Shown here: in pieces, positions 49,148-59,450 of the stretch
Layout of the letters: each line of letters begins with the position of its first letter
How positions within the stretch are numbered: position 1 is the first letter of the stretch
Made by a program: the position numbers and the translations under genes
Notes under the pieces: generated by a model
Told to the model about the DNA's origin: nothing
Databases searched by the model: none
What the model saw: the letters and a program-made list of their open reading frames with translations, nothing else
Source of the DNA: Bacillota bacterium
GTDB lineage: Bacteria > Bacillota > SHA-98 > UBA4971
NCBI GenBank assembly: GCA_012516125.1
Contig: JAAYXB010000075.1
Coordinates: 5,829-69,828 of the forward strand
Length of the DNA stretch: 64,000 bases
Reading direction: 5' to 3'

Positions 49148-50341
49148 TCACAGCAGGCCTATATCCAGCTTGAGCCTGATAACCACAAGCCTCAGGATCT
49201 GCTTTGCGATGTCTGACTCGGCAGCTGCGAGGGCCAGCGGAACCAGCGCCGCGATGATGAGCAGGACAAGGTAGCCCGTCCTCATGCGCCCCCTGTAAAG
49301 CTTGCTCACGCCCTTCGCGTCCACGAGCAGCGACCCTACCTTGAGGCGAGTCAGGAACGTGGACGCCATTCCGGGGCGACCCTTGTCGAGGAATTCCTCC
49401 ACGCTGGTGTGCGCGCCGACGGCCACGATAAGCTCGGCGCCGTTTTCGTAGGCGAGGAGCATCGCCAGGTCCTCGCTGGTGCCGGGAGCAGGACAGGCAA
49501 TGGCATCGAGGCCGAGGCGCCTGACCCGCTCGAGGCCAGGGGCTCTGCCGTCTGGGTAGGCATGGACCACAAGCTCGTTCCCGCGCCGCAACGCTTCATC
49601 GGAGACGCTGTCCATGTCGCCCACGATGATGTCGGGGGAAAACCCGATCTCAAGGAGGGCGTCCGCGGCGCCGTCCACCGCAACGAGCGCGGGACGCACT
49701 TCCTCAATGTAAGACCTTATGGCGCGGAGGTCTTCCCTGTAATCCCTGCCCCGCGCCACTACAAGCGCATGCCTCCCTGAAATCCTGGTGCGGAGCGGCG
49801 GAAAGGGGAGATTGCCAAGGATCGCCGACTTTTCCCGCCGCGCATACTCGATGGTGTTCGAGACGAACGCATCGAGCTCGCGCGCAAGACCCTGTCGCGC
49901 GCGCCCGAGTTCACGCTCGAGCGACGCCAGCGTCTGGACCCGCCCTGTGCTCACCACCTTTCCGCGCCTTATTATGGCGTTCCCCTCTAGCTCGATGACG
50001 TCACCGTCCCGCACAAGGTCCGTAACCTGGGGACCAACCTCGTCAAGGACGTAGATCCCGGCGCGGCACAGCGTGAGGGGGCCGGGGTTGGGGTACCTGC
50101 CGCTTATGGACTTGCGCGCGTTTACGACAGCCCGCACCCCTGCTCGAACAAGGGACTCGCAAGCCACAAGGTCGATGTCCTCGTGGTCGACGACGGCGAT
50201 CTCCCCCGGGCGCAGGCGCGGCAGGAGGTTTTTCGTCTTTCGGTCCACCCTGGCGATGCCTCTGTACCTCACGTGGACGCCCTCCGCGAACCCCCTGCTA
50301 CCTCCTCCTCTCGTGCAATAGTATACTGAACCCCGGAACAT
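49148..50341 (-). CDS. SteA-like putative cytokinetic ring protein (thiamine-pyrophosphokinase-like catalytic domain, C-terminal TM segment)
   Basis: GIARVDRKTKNLLPRLRPGEIAVVDHEDID...; C-terminal hydrophobic helix. Confidence 0.5.
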   Translation of the reverse strand: MFRGSVYYCTRGGGSRGFAEGVHVRYRGIARVDRKTKNLLPRLRPGEIAVVDHEDIDLVACESLVRAGVRAVVNARKSISGRYPNPGPLTLCRAGIYVLDEVGPQVTDLVRDGDVIELEGNAIIRRGKVVSTGRVQTLASLERELGRARQGLARELDAFVSNTIEYARREKSAILGNLPFPPLRTRISGRHALVVARGRDYREDLRAIRSYIEEVRPALVAVDGAADALLEIGFSPDIIVGDMDSVSDEALRRGNELVVHAYPDGRAPGLERVRRLGLDAIACPAPGTSEDLAMLLAYENGAELIVAVGAHTSVEEFLDKGRPGMASTFLTRLKVGSLLVDAKGVSKLYRGRMRTGYLVLLIIAALVPLALAAAESDIAKQILRLVVIRLKLDIGLL

Positions 50342-50404
50342 ATCATTCCGGGGCTGTCCTACTACGACTCTTGGGAGCCAACTACTGGTATCGGTGCCAA
50401 CGGG

Positions 50405-51184
50405 TCAACTCGCTCGCATTTCCAGGCGCAGCTTATCGGCGACCCGGGCGATGAAGGCGGAGTTGGTGGGCTTTCCTTTTTCGCTGCTCACTGTGTGCCC
50501 GAAAACGCTGTTCAGAAACTCGATGTTCCCTCGTGTCCACGCGATTTCAATGGCGTGGCGAATGGCACGCTCCACTCGGGGAGGCGTGGTATCGAACTTC
50601 TGCGCTACCCTCGGGTACAGCTCTTTCGTGACCCCGTTCAGGAGGCCAACCTCATTGACCACCATGATGATGGCTTCCCTGAGGTACATGTAACCTCTGA
50701 TGTTCGCCGGAATCCCCATCTCGTGGATGATCCGGGTCACTTCGGTATTCAGATCACGCAGGACTTCATCCGGACCCGCCTTCCTCTTCCTGACAACCCC
50801 GCCGCTCTGAGCGACCTGCCGGATTCTCTGGGCCAGCGTCTCCATGTCGAACGGCTTCAGTATGTAGTAGTCGGCGCCAAGCTCGATGATGCTCTGAGTC
50901 ATGTGCTCTTGCCCAATGGCGGTAAGCATCACGAACCTCGGCCGCCTGGGGATATCTTGCTTTGCAAGCCGCTCGAGCACCCCGATACCGTCGAGGTGCG
51001 GCATGATGATGTCAAGGATCACCACGTCGGGGCTGGTGGTAGATATGCCTTCGAGAGCTTCCAGGCCGTCATAGGCAACTCCGACCACTTCCATGTCAGG
51101 CTGGGCGTTGATGAATTCCTTAAGGACCTCGCACAGTTCGTGGTTGTCGTCGACTATAAGAACGCGTGTCCGACCAGAAGCCAT
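50405..51184 (-). CDS. spo0A: Stage 0 sporulation protein A
   Basis: Receiver domain (VLIVDDN...D...K), Spo0A C-terminal DNA-binding signature [15 protein letters not shown]. Confidence 0.95.
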   Translation of the reverse strand: MASGRTRVLIVDDNHELCEVLKEFINAQPDMEVVGVAYDGLEALEGISTTSPDVVILDIIMPHLDGIGVLERLAKQDIPRRPRFVMLTAIGQEHMTQSIIELGADYYILKPFDMETLAQRIRQVAQSGGVVRKRKAGPDEVLRDLNTEVTRIIHEMGIPANIRGYMYLREAIIMVVNEVGLLNGVTKELYPRVAQKFDTTPPRVERAIRHAIEIAWTRGNIEFLNSVFGHTVSSEKGKPTNSAFIARVADKLRLEMRAS

Positions 51185-51304
51185 AGGACCACCTCATCCA
51201 CACGCTGCCAAATGATGGTATCCTAGCCTCTCCTGCTGATGTTTTAGGATTCTACGCCTCCGGATGAAGTCCTGCCCCCCTCGTGCAGAAAACCCCATCC
51301 CCGC

Positions 51305-52948
51305 TTATGCAGCACGGGGGGCAGGAATACGCTCCGGCGCAGGTACGCGCTGCGCCGAAGGCCCAGGCGCGGCGACCGCCGCCTCCGACCTCGACTCCTG
51401 CATAAACAGGCCCGCTTCCCTCGCAAGCCACTCCGCCAGCACACCGTAGCCCCGGGTCTGGTCCGACACGAACACGTGCGTCAGCACGCCCGCCAGCTTG
51501 CCGTCCTTGACGATGGGGCTACCCGACATGCCCTGGACGATCCCACCTGTTAGCGCAAGAAGCCTGGGGTCCACGACCCGTATCACCAGGCCCTTGATTT
51601 GCGGGGTCGCCTGCCTCGCCACGCGCTGGATCTCCACGCGGAACCTCTCGACCCGGCTATCCTCGACCACCGTGTAGAGGTCGGCGTAGCCCGGGGTCAC
51701 CTCCTCAGCCATGGCGATAGGGATCGCCTCGCTAAAGTAAGGGTTCCTCGGGACCTTCGTAAGCGTGCCGAATATACCGAACTTCGTGTTTCGCTCTATG
51801 GTGCCAATGACGTCCTGTTCGCCGCTGAAACTCCCCACCTTCTCGCCTGGCTGGCCGCGGCCGCCGTGGTGGATGCCGAGGATGTGCGCCTGCACGATCC
51901 TGCCTCTTGTGACATCCACTTCTCTATTGGTGGCAGCGTCAGTTATCACGTGCCCAAGGGCGCAATACACCCGGGACTCTGGCTCATAGAACGACAGCGT
52001 CCCCACGCCGGCCGCGTTCTCGCGAACCCAGATGCCAATCTTATACTGTACCTGCCCTCTCTGGCGCGAGAGGCCGAAGGTGTCTTCCGCCTCTACTTCC
52101 ACAGGCCTTACGTGGACGGTGAACGCCCTCGAGTCGCGCAGAATCTTGATTTCGACGGGCTTTCCGCTTCTTCCGGCAAGGTCGATAGCCCGCTCCACCT
52201 CAGCCTTGTTCTCGACGGCCTCGCCGTTGATGCTAACGATGACGTCGCCCACCTCGATCCCGGCTTCCCGCGCGGGATAGCGGCGCCTGCCGTCGGTCCC
52301 GGCCACCGGGTAATGCCCCACGACTACGACGCCCCTAGCCGACAGCAGCACCCCGATGGCGTGCCCACCCGGGATGACCTTCACCTCCGGGACCACGCTC
52401 ACCAGGAGACGCTTAACCGGGATCATATCCAGAAGCCTCACCTCGAGGTTTGTGTCGCCCTGAGCGAGCGGCACAAGCCTCACTCCCGCCCCGCGCCTGC
52501 CCGGCACGCCCGCGGCGCCCGAGGGCACCGTGTCCATACGCACGAGCTCCGCCCCTGTCAGCCGGAACTTCACGTCCAGCGGCACCCGGACCCAGAGATC
52601 CTTTGTGGAGCCTTCGAGGATAGTGATCCTGTCGGGCAGACTCCCGAAAGTGAGGCAGTATGCGATGGCACATCCCAGAACCGCGAGCAGGATAGCGAAA
52701 CGAACCTTTGGCCCCGATGGCCTGCCTCGCCGCCCTCCCGGCCCTCTGTGGGCGTGGTTGCCACCACGGGTCCCGGTGCTGCGAGCGTCGGTCGTGCCGT
52801 TGCCTACGACGCTACTGCCGATACTGCTCGCAGCGTTGTTGTCGCAGCTTGCGTGCCTGTCCTTATCTCGTGCGCTGGCGCCCGGAAAGTCCAACTCGTG
52901 GCTACCCCCGGCATGACACATGTCGCAGGCGCCCCAAGTCGCAATCAA
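51305..52948 (-). CDS. spoIVB: SpoIVB peptidase (S55) with PDZ domain; N-terminal boundary uncertain
   Basis: PDZ and S55 protease core (GTLSFYEP...GIVQGMSGSPI). The ORF-track start is TTG at 52948 and adds about 95 aa before the signal anchor; no canonical start lies just before the TM segment. Confidence 0.8.
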   Translation of the reverse strand: MIATWGACDMCHAGGSHELDFPGASARDKDRHASCDNNAASSIGSSVVGNGTTDARSTGTRGGNHAHRGPGGRRGRPSGPKVRFAILLAVLGCAIAYCLTFGSLPDRITILEGSTKDLWVRVPLDVKFRLTGAELVRMDTVPSGAAGVPGRRGAGVRLVPLAQGDTNLEVRLLDMIPVKRLLVSVVPEVKVIPGGHAIGVLLSARGVVVVGHYPVAGTDGRRRYPAREAGIEVGDVIVSINGEAVENKAEVERAIDLAGRSGKPVEIKILRDSRAFTVHVRPVEVEAEDTFGLSRQRGQVQYKIGIWVRENAAGVGTLSFYEPESRVYCALGHVITDAATNREVDVTRGRIVQAHILGIHHGGRGQPGEKVGSFSGEQDVIGTIERNTKFGIFGTLTKVPRNPYFSEAIPIAMAEEVTPGYADLYTVVEDSRVERFRVEIQRVARQATPQIKGLVIRVVDPRLLALTGGIVQGMSGSPIVKDGKLAGVLTHVFVSDQTRGYGVLAEWLAREAGLFMQESRSEAAVAAPGPSAQRVPAPERIPAPRAA

Positions 52949-53144
52949 GGAGGCACGTTTCGCGCGCCTCCTTGACCTGCGATTACGCCTGCAAGATTAC
53001 CCTGCCCGGGAGCCTGGTTTTTATGCCCCTAAAACTTTGCATGTCATGTTTGCGGCTGTCAGGTGGAGGGTAGCGATCACCTCTCAGGCAGCGACGTCCA
53101 CGAGAAGCAATGACATGGTGATCGCCGGTCTCGGTGACCAGCGG

Positions 53145-54536
53145 TTACGCATTGGCGTGTCGCACGAGGCGGGCGATGAAAAAGCCATCCATGGCATGGA
53201 TGTGAGGAAATGTCTCAACGTAAGGCAGGCCCTGATCAGGGAAAGCCTGCGAAAACTCGCGGGGCAGATAGGGCCTTACGGAGTCGACGGAGAAATCGGG
53301 GTGTTCTTCGAGGAACCTCTCAACGATCTGGGCGTTTTCCTCGGGTTCAATGCTGCACGTGCTGTAGACGATGACGCCTCCGGATTTCACTTGCGCTGCG
53401 GCAGCAGCTAGGAGATCGGCTTGGGTCCTGGTAAGGTCGGCGATGTCCTGGGGCTTCCTGCGCCACCTGAGGTCAGGCCGGCGCCTCAGCACACCCGTGC
53501 CGGTGCACGGCGGATCCACGAGGGCTCTGTCGAAGGGGCGGGATATGATGTCGCCGTCTCCGGAAAGGAGACGCGTAGCGTCTCGGACGACGGTCGTGAT
53601 GGAGTGAATGCCAAGCCTTTTCGCGTTTTGTTCAAGCAGCTTTATCCTGTGCCCATGCACATCGACGGCCACGATCTCGCCCCGATCACCCATGCGTTCG
53701 GCCATGTGCGTGGTCTTGCCCCCCGGCGCGGCGGCAAGATCGAGCAGCCGCTCGCCCGGGACAGGATCGAGCACGTAAGATACGAGCATGGAGCTTGGGT
53801 CCTGCACGAAAAACTCCCCGTCGTGGTAGGAGCGGTGGTCAAACAGGCCGCCGCCGTCGCGGATCTCGATGGCCTCGGGAACGTGCGGCGACGGGCGCGC
53901 CTCGACGCCTGCGGCGGAAAGCTCGTCGAGGAGCCTCTCGCGGGAGGTCTTGAGCGTGTTCGCCCGGATCGTAACAGGGGGGTCCTCGTTATTTGCCGCG
54001 CACAAGCGCGCTGTCTCATCGAAGCCGAACCGCCCGAGCCACCGCGAGACCATCCACTCCGGGTGTGAGTACTTCAGCGCGATGTGGTCCACGGGCCGCG
54101 CGGCCGCATCGGGGAAAACAGCCTTACCAGGCTCCCGAACCAGCGCCCGCAGAACGGCGTTCACAAAGGCGGCGGCGCCCGCGTGCCCGAATGCGCGGGC
54201 GATTTCCACCGACTCGCTCACAGCGGCGGGCGCGGGGATCTGTGCAAGGTAAAGGACCTGGTACGCACCGAGCCGGAGAGCATTGCGCACGACCGGGTCC
54301 ATCCTTTCGATGGGCCGCGCAGCGAAGGCCCCGATCACATGGTCGAGCGCCTTGCGCATCTTCGTCACGCCATATACGAGCTCGGTCGCAAGAGCACGAT
54401 CGCGCTCCGAAAGGCGCGCGTGCCTCAGAGCGCGATCTCTTGCAATTGCAGCGTACGCTCCTTTTTCGTCGATTTCAATCAGTGCCCGCAGGGCGGCCCC
54501 GCGAGCGCCGCCCGGCATGTCCACGAGGGAAACCAT
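53145..54536 (-). CDS. rsmB: 16S rRNA (cytosine967-C5)-methyltransferase RsmB/Sun with NusB-like domain
   Basis: NusB-like N-terminal domain; SAM motifs DLAAAPGGKTT, PCTGTG. Confidence 0.85.
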   Translation of the reverse strand: MVSLVDMPGGARGAALRALIEIDEKGAYAAIARDRALRHARLSERDRALATELVYGVTKMRKALDHVIGAFAARPIERMDPVVRNALRLGAYQVLYLAQIPAPAAVSESVEIARAFGHAGAAAFVNAVLRALVREPGKAVFPDAAARPVDHIALKYSHPEWMVSRWLGRFGFDETARLCAANNEDPPVTIRANTLKTSRERLLDELSAAGVEARPSPHVPEAIEIRDGGGLFDHRSYHDGEFFVQDPSSMLVSYVLDPVPGERLLDLAAAPGGKTTHMAERMGDRGEIVAVDVHGHRIKLLEQNAKRLGIHSITTVVRDATRLLSGDGDIISRPFDRALVDPPCTGTGVLRRRPDLRWRRKPQDIADLTRTQADLLAAAAAQVKSGGVIVYSTCSIEPEENAQIVERFLEEHPDFSVDSVRPYLPREFSQAFPDQGLPYVETFPHIHAMDGFFIARLVRHANA

Positions 54537-54538
54537 CC

Positions 54539-55252
54539 CTAATCCCGGCGGCTGCCCCGGAGGATGAGGAGCCGCAGAAGTTGCGTCACCGCGACCGCGG
54601 TGGCCGCAAGGTAGGTCATTCCGGCGGCGCTCAGCACCTGGCTGGCGTGGCGGAGCTCATCGGTCGTCATGTACCCGCCACGCTCCAGGAGCGCCAGCGC
54701 CCTCCTGCTCGCGTCGTACTCAACCGGAAGCGTCACGATGGAGAACGCAACGGCGCCGACGAAGAGCCAGATCCCCAGGGTCATCAGCCATTCGAGGCCG
54801 GTCCCCGCGAAGATGAAGCCTATGAGGAACAGCGGGAACGCGAGGTTCGAGCCAAACGTCGCCACCGGCACGAGGCTTGTACGGATGGCGAGCGGGACAT
54901 AGCCGTTCGCGTGCTGTATGGCGTGACCGGCTTCGTGCGCTGCGACGCCGAGCGCAGCGAGTGAGCTGCCCCTGTACACCTCGGGCGACAGGCGAAGGAC
55001 CTTTGCCCGCGGGTCATAATGGTCCTGCAGCCTCCCTGGAATCTGTTCGATTCGCACAGAGCTGAGCCCGCTGCCATCGAGGATGTGCCGGGCTACCTCG
55101 GCTCCGCTCACACCGCTACGTGCCCTTACCCTCGAGTAGGTGTTGAACACGCTCTGCACCCTGCTCTGCGCCCACAGGGCGAACAGCATCGCAGGGAATA
55201 TCAGAATGTAAGTTGGGTCCCAGAAAAACATCATCCAGCCCTCCTTGGACAT
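54539..55252 (-). CDS. Putative neutral zinc metallopeptidase (Zn_peptidase_2 family membrane protein)
   Basis: HEAGHAIQH zinc motif, membrane segments. Confidence 0.7.
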   Translation of the reverse strand: MSKEGWMMFFWDPTYILIFPAMLFALWAQSRVQSVFNTYSRVRARSGVSGAEVARHILDGSGLSSVRIEQIPGRLQDHYDPRAKVLRLSPEVYRGSSLAALGVAAHEAGHAIQHANGYVPLAIRTSLVPVATFGSNLAFPLFLIGFIFAGTGLEWLMTLGIWLFVGAVAFSIVTLPVEYDASRRALALLERGGYMTTDELRHASQVLSAAGMTYLAATAVAVTQLLRLLILRGSRRD

Positions 55253-55324
55253 CGCTGCTTAGTTTGACCGCATGAGACCGGTGTCGCTTTTTCAAGCGCC
55301 CAACATTCGTTACGGAATCGTCCT

Positions 55325-55353
55325 TCGTACCTAATTATAATCGACCAGGCGCC
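55325..55353 (-). promoter_or_regulatory. Candidate sigma-A-type promoter upstream of the Zn-peptidase/rsmB genes
   Basis: Minus strand: TTTAAT-17 nt-TATAAT about 65 nt before the ATG. Confidence 0.3.
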
Positions 55354-55548
55354 CGGATTAAACCCACTTCCGCCTCGTGTCGAGTTCGGAGTTCGCTGCC
55401 GCCTTCCCAGGGACTGCCGGTGTTGCAGCCCGGATGCCCACTCCCAGAGCCAGGATGGGTCTCGCGGAGCATCTCAACAAAACTCGGGCACCGGCAGCCC
55501 GAAACACAATGCTGGTCCCAAAAGCGCCGCGGATTCCGGGCAACGAAC

Positions 55549-56505
55549 TCAGTTCCCCAAAACCGTCCCCGGCTTCGCAGGGTGGCCGCGGAAGTAGTCG
55601 GCGGCCGACATGCGCCTGCCGCCCTCTGCCTGAACCTCCAGGACCAGGTAAGAGCCCTCGCCCGCTTTCACCAGAAGGCCCTCCGGCGTCGCCCGGCACA
55701 CCATCCCCGGTGGACCGCAGGAGTCAGCGGTATCGATGGCCTCGTCAATGGGCCGTCCTCTGAAGATCTTCAGGAGCACGCCATCAAACCTCGTGAACGC
55801 TCCAGGCCTGGGATTCCCGGCCCTCACTAGATTGTGGATGGCACGCGCAGGTTGCGACCAGTCGATCTCGAATTCCTCCGGTCTCACCCGGGGCGCGCGC
55901 GTCGCGGTCGCATCGTCCTGCCGGATCCTCGGCGCCTCGCCCGACTCAATGAGCGCGAGTGTCTTTGCGAGAAGCCTCGCGCCCCTCTCGGCAAGTTCCT
56001 TGCGAAGTTCCCCCGCGGTCACATCTTCGCCGATAGGGACCTTCTCCTGGAGGACGATGTCCCCCGTGTCCCAGCCCTCAGCCATGTACATCGTAGTTAC
56101 GCCGGTTACGCGCTCGCCCGCCATGATGGCACGCTCGATGGGCGCGGCTCCCCGGTACCTGGGGAGGAGCGAGGCATGCACGTTGATGCACCCGTGCTTC
56201 GGGATCCTCAGGACCTCCGGCGGGAGGAGGAGGCCATACGCCACCACTACGATGACATCGGGCGCCGCTTCCCTGAGAGCCGCAAGAACGCGCTCGTCCT
56301 TCAACGTTTCAGGAGTGAGCACCCGAAGCCCGCGCGACTCCGCAAACTCCTTCACGGGTGTCGGCATAAGCCGCCTGCCGCGTCTCCTCGCCCTGTCGGG
56401 CTGCGTGAGCACGCACGCAACAGTATGGCCTGCCTCGAGGACCGCCTCGAGCGACGGTACGGCGAATTCCGGGCTTCCCATAAAGACGACGACCATGTCA
56501 CTCAT
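55549..56505 (-). CDS. fmt: Methionyl-tRNA formyltransferase
   Basis: MVVVFMGSPEFAVP, SLLP motif, C-terminal domain. Starts within a few nt of the def stop. Confidence 0.9.
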   Translation of the reverse strand: MSDMVVVFMGSPEFAVPSLEAVLEAGHTVACVLTQPDRARRRGRRLMPTPVKEFAESRGLRVLTPETLKDERVLAALREAAPDVIVVVAYGLLLPPEVLRIPKHGCINVHASLLPRYRGAAPIERAIMAGERVTGVTTMYMAEGWDTGDIVLQEKVPIGEDVTAGELRKELAERGARLLAKTLALIESGEAPRIRQDDATATRAPRVRPEEFEIDWSQPARAIHNLVRAGNPRPGAFTRFDGVLLKIFRGRPIDEAIDTADSCGPPGMVCRATPEGLLVKAGEGSYLVLEVQAEGGRRMSAADYFRGHPAKPGTVLGN

Positions 56506-56962
56506 CCGCCTGCTCTTCCACGATATTGGTGGCCTTATCGGTGAAGAGGATGCCATCCAGATGGTCTATCTCGTGCTGGAGCGCCCTCGCGAGAAGCCCC
56601 TCGCCCTCGATGCGTCGCACTCCCTGGCCGTTACGGCCGAGGGCTTCCACGGTCACCCTGTCCGCACGGACCACCTCGCCGGTTACTCCTGGAAGCGATA
56701 GGCATCCCTCACGCGCCGCAGCCTCTCCAGCGCTCCTCACGATGCGGGGGTTGAAGAGCACCATCGGGCCATCACCGACATCCACCACGATGAGCCTGAC
56801 CGGTATGCCGACCTGAGGGGCGGCAAGCCCCACGCCGTCGGCGGCGTACATAGTCTCCAGCATGTTGTCCACGAGGGTCAGCATCTCTTTCGTGATCCTC
56901 TTGAGAGGAAAGGACTGCTTCCTGAGGATGGGATCCCCGAATTTGCGTATCTCCAGGACCAG
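56498..56962 (-). CDS. def: Peptide deformylase; start codon uncertain (no in-frame ATG/GTG/TTG before the conserved N-terminus)
   Basis: Conserved motifs GVGLAAPQ, EGCLS, QHEIDHL. The upstream in-frame sequence DELVLEIRKFGDPILRKQSFPLKRITKEM is conserved PDF N-terminus. It is preceded by an AGGAGGGAGGGGG SD with only CTG/GTC codons available. Confidence 0.8.
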   Translation of the reverse strand: MVLEIRKFGDPILRKQSFPLKRITKEMLTLVDNMLETMYAADGVGLAAPQVGIPVRLIVVDVGDGPMVLFNPRIVRSAGEAAAREGCLSLPGVTGEVVRADRVTVEALGRNGQGVRRIEGEGLLARALQHEIDHLDGILFTDKATNIVEEQADE

Positions 56963-57020
56963 TTCGTCCCCCTCCCTCCTGTTCGTAAGCTGGTCACAAG
57001 AACTCGCTGCCGTTGCGCCA

Positions 57021-59327
57021 CTAAAGGACGCTCTCGGGATCGACGTCCACCTGAACCATTATACCACGGGGAGGAGCGGGGCACACCGCAAGTCCCCTGC
57101 GGACGACAGCGGTCGCGCTCTCCACCGGGGCGCCTTTCAAGAGCACCTGCCACCTGTAGAGCCGTCTTACCCGCCTCATGGCGCAGGGCGAAGGCCCCAG
57201 CACGCGCACACCTGCAGGCGCGTCCCCAGGTCCCGGCGCCTCCCAGGGCCCTGGCTCTCCCGCCGACGGCGATGCGTCACACTCTCTTGCGGCGACGCGC
57301 AGCGCCGCGCCGAGGCTTATGGCATACCGCTCGACGTCCCGCGGGTCCTCGCCGGACACGACCACCAGCACAAGGTGCGCGAACGGAGGGTACAGGAGAT
57401 CACGCCGGGCGCGGATCTCCTCCTCGTAGAACCCGAGGTAGTCGTGGTTCTTTGCACGCTGCACGGCATAGTGATCCGGCGCGTAGGTCTGGATGATGAC
57501 CCGGCCAGGCCTCTCGCCCCTGCCGGCTCGCCCCGCGGCCTGGGTGAGCAGCTGGAACGTCCGCTCGCCTGCCTTGTAGTCCGGAAGGTTGAGGCAGGTG
57601 TCGGCGCTCACCACCCCAACGAGGGTGACACGCGGAAAATCGTGGCCCTTGGCCACCATCTGGGTACCAACGAGGATGTCGTACTCCCCGCCACGAAACC
57701 TGTTCACTATGTTTTCGTGGGCCCTCTTCGTACGGGTGGTGTCCAGGTCCATCCGCACCACCCTTGCCTCCGGGAATACCCGCATGACCTCGCGCTCTAT
57801 CCTCTCCGTGCCCGCACCGAAGTACTTGATGTAACTGCTGCCGCACTTCGGACAGGTGTCGGGCACGGCCTCGTCGTGGTCGCAGTAGTGACAGCGCATC
57901 CGCCCCTCCTCGGCGTGATACGTCAGGGCCACGTCGCACTCGGGACAGCGCAGGGCATGTCCGCATTCTCGGCACAGCACGAACGTGGAGTGGCCGCGCC
58001 GGTTGAGGAAGAGTATCACCTGCTCGCGCCGGGCGAGGCGCTCACGTATAGCCCTTGCAAGCGCCCTCGAGAAAATGCTCCTGTTTCCGCGCGCAAGCTC
58101 CTCGCGCATGTCCACGACTTCCACGGAAGGCAGAGGGCGCATCTCCACGCGCGTGGTCATGGCGATATAGTCGTACTCGCCCGTCCTCGCCCGGTAGAAC
58201 GACTCCACCGACGGCGTCGCCGACCCGAGCACGCACAGGCACCCCGCGACCCTCGCGCGCTCGCAGGCCACTTCCCGAGCATGGTATCTCGGGGACTCCT
58301 CCTGCTTGTACGAGTTTTCGTGCTCTTCGTCGACGACGACGAGACCCAGGTTCCGGGCCGGCGCAAACACCGCCGATCGCGCCCCCACGACGACCCTGGC
58401 TTCGCCTCGCTCCACCCTCCGCCATTCGTCGTACCTCTCGCCCGCTGAGAGGCGGCTGTGAAGGAGCGCCACTCGGCCGCCGAACCTCTCGCGGAAGGTC
58501 CTTGCAAGCTGCGGCGTCAGCGCTATCTCCGGGACGAGCACGATGGCCGACCTGCCGCGGGCAAGCACGGCCTCTATTGCGCGCATGTAAACCTCCGTCT
58601 TGCCGCTGGCAGTCACGCCGTGGAGCAGGATGGGCTTTGGGCCGTGCACATCCATGGCTGCGAGGATGGCCGACACGGCTCTATCCTGGTCTGCGGTCAG
58701 GCGGATCGGTGTCCGGCCGCCCTGCGGCGGGTGCGGCGGGGTCCCGCTGAGCGGGCTCCGCATGACCTCGACCTTTCTCGAGGCGAGGATCCCCTTGCGG
58801 ATGAGGGCGCGGACCGCGTCAGGGCTTGTCCGGATAACGGGGTCAGGGCCACCGACGCGCAGGACGGGCGACCTCTGGCCGAGGAGAGCGCGGACGATCT
58901 CTGCCTGGCGGGGCGCGCGCCTCTCCGCCTCAGCCACAAAGGCCTTGGCTTCCTCGGACGATACCGCCAGCTCAACGAAGGCTTGCGTTTTCGCGCTGGC
59001 CTTCCTCTGGCGGACGGCAGCCGGAAACATCTGGGCGAACGCCTCGGCGGGCAGGCATAGGTAACGCGCTGTCATCCACGTCGCGAGGGCCATCATATCG
59101 TCCGAAAGCGGCGCCACTTCCGACGCCACCTCGAGGATGTCCTTGACCTTCTCCACGTCCGGCGTCTCCACGAACCCCACGACGTAGCCGACGAGCCTAC
59201 GGCCGCCGAAGGGCACAACGACGGCGCTCCCTACCTTCACGCTTCCCCGCAAGGGTTCGGGAACCCCGTAGTGGAACGGCTTCGCTGCCTTCGCAGTCGG
59301 AACATCCACGACTACCTCTGCGAACAA
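57021..59327 (-). CDS. priA: Primosomal protein N' (PriA helicase)
   Basis: Walker A GVTASGKTEVY, DEEH box, Cys4 zinc fingers (CRECGHALRCPECD). Confidence 0.9.
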   Translation of the reverse strand: MFAEVVVDVPTAKAAKPFHYGVPEPLRGSVKVGSAVVVPFGGRRLVGYVVGFVETPDVEKVKDILEVASEVAPLSDDMMALATWMTARYLCLPAEAFAQMFPAAVRQRKASAKTQAFVELAVSSEEAKAFVAEAERRAPRQAEIVRALLGQRSPVLRVGGPDPVIRTSPDAVRALIRKGILASRKVEVMRSPLSGTPPHPPQGGRTPIRLTADQDRAVSAILAAMDVHGPKPILLHGVTASGKTEVYMRAIEAVLARGRSAIVLVPEIALTPQLARTFRERFGGRVALLHSRLSAGERYDEWRRVERGEARVVVGARSAVFAPARNLGLVVVDEEHENSYKQEESPRYHAREVACERARVAGCLCVLGSATPSVESFYRARTGEYDYIAMTTRVEMRPLPSVEVVDMREELARGNRSIFSRALARAIRERLARREQVILFLNRRGHSTFVLCRECGHALRCPECDVALTYHAEEGRMRCHYCDHDEAVPDTCPKCGSSYIKYFGAGTERIEREVMRVFPEARVVRMDLDTTRTKRAHENIVNRFRGGEYDILVGTQMVAKGHDFPRVTLVGVVSADTCLNLPDYKAGERTFQLLTQAAGRAGRGERPGRVIIQTYAPDHYAVQRAKNHDYLGFYEEEIRARRDLLYPPFAHLVLVVVSGEDPRDVERYAISLGAALRVAARECDASPSAGEPGPWEAPGPGDAPAGVRVLGPSPCAMRRVRRLYRWQVLLKGAPVESATAVVRRGLAVCPAPPRGIMVQVDVDPESVL

Positions 59328-59450
59328 GACACGGCCTCCCCGCGCAAGTGCTGTCCTACTTTTTCTACGCGAGGAAACAAAAACCTTCAGCTTCCAGCAC
59401 GAGTGCCCCGTCGGTTAATATGCGCCTGCGCCAGGATGTGTATCCCGGCC

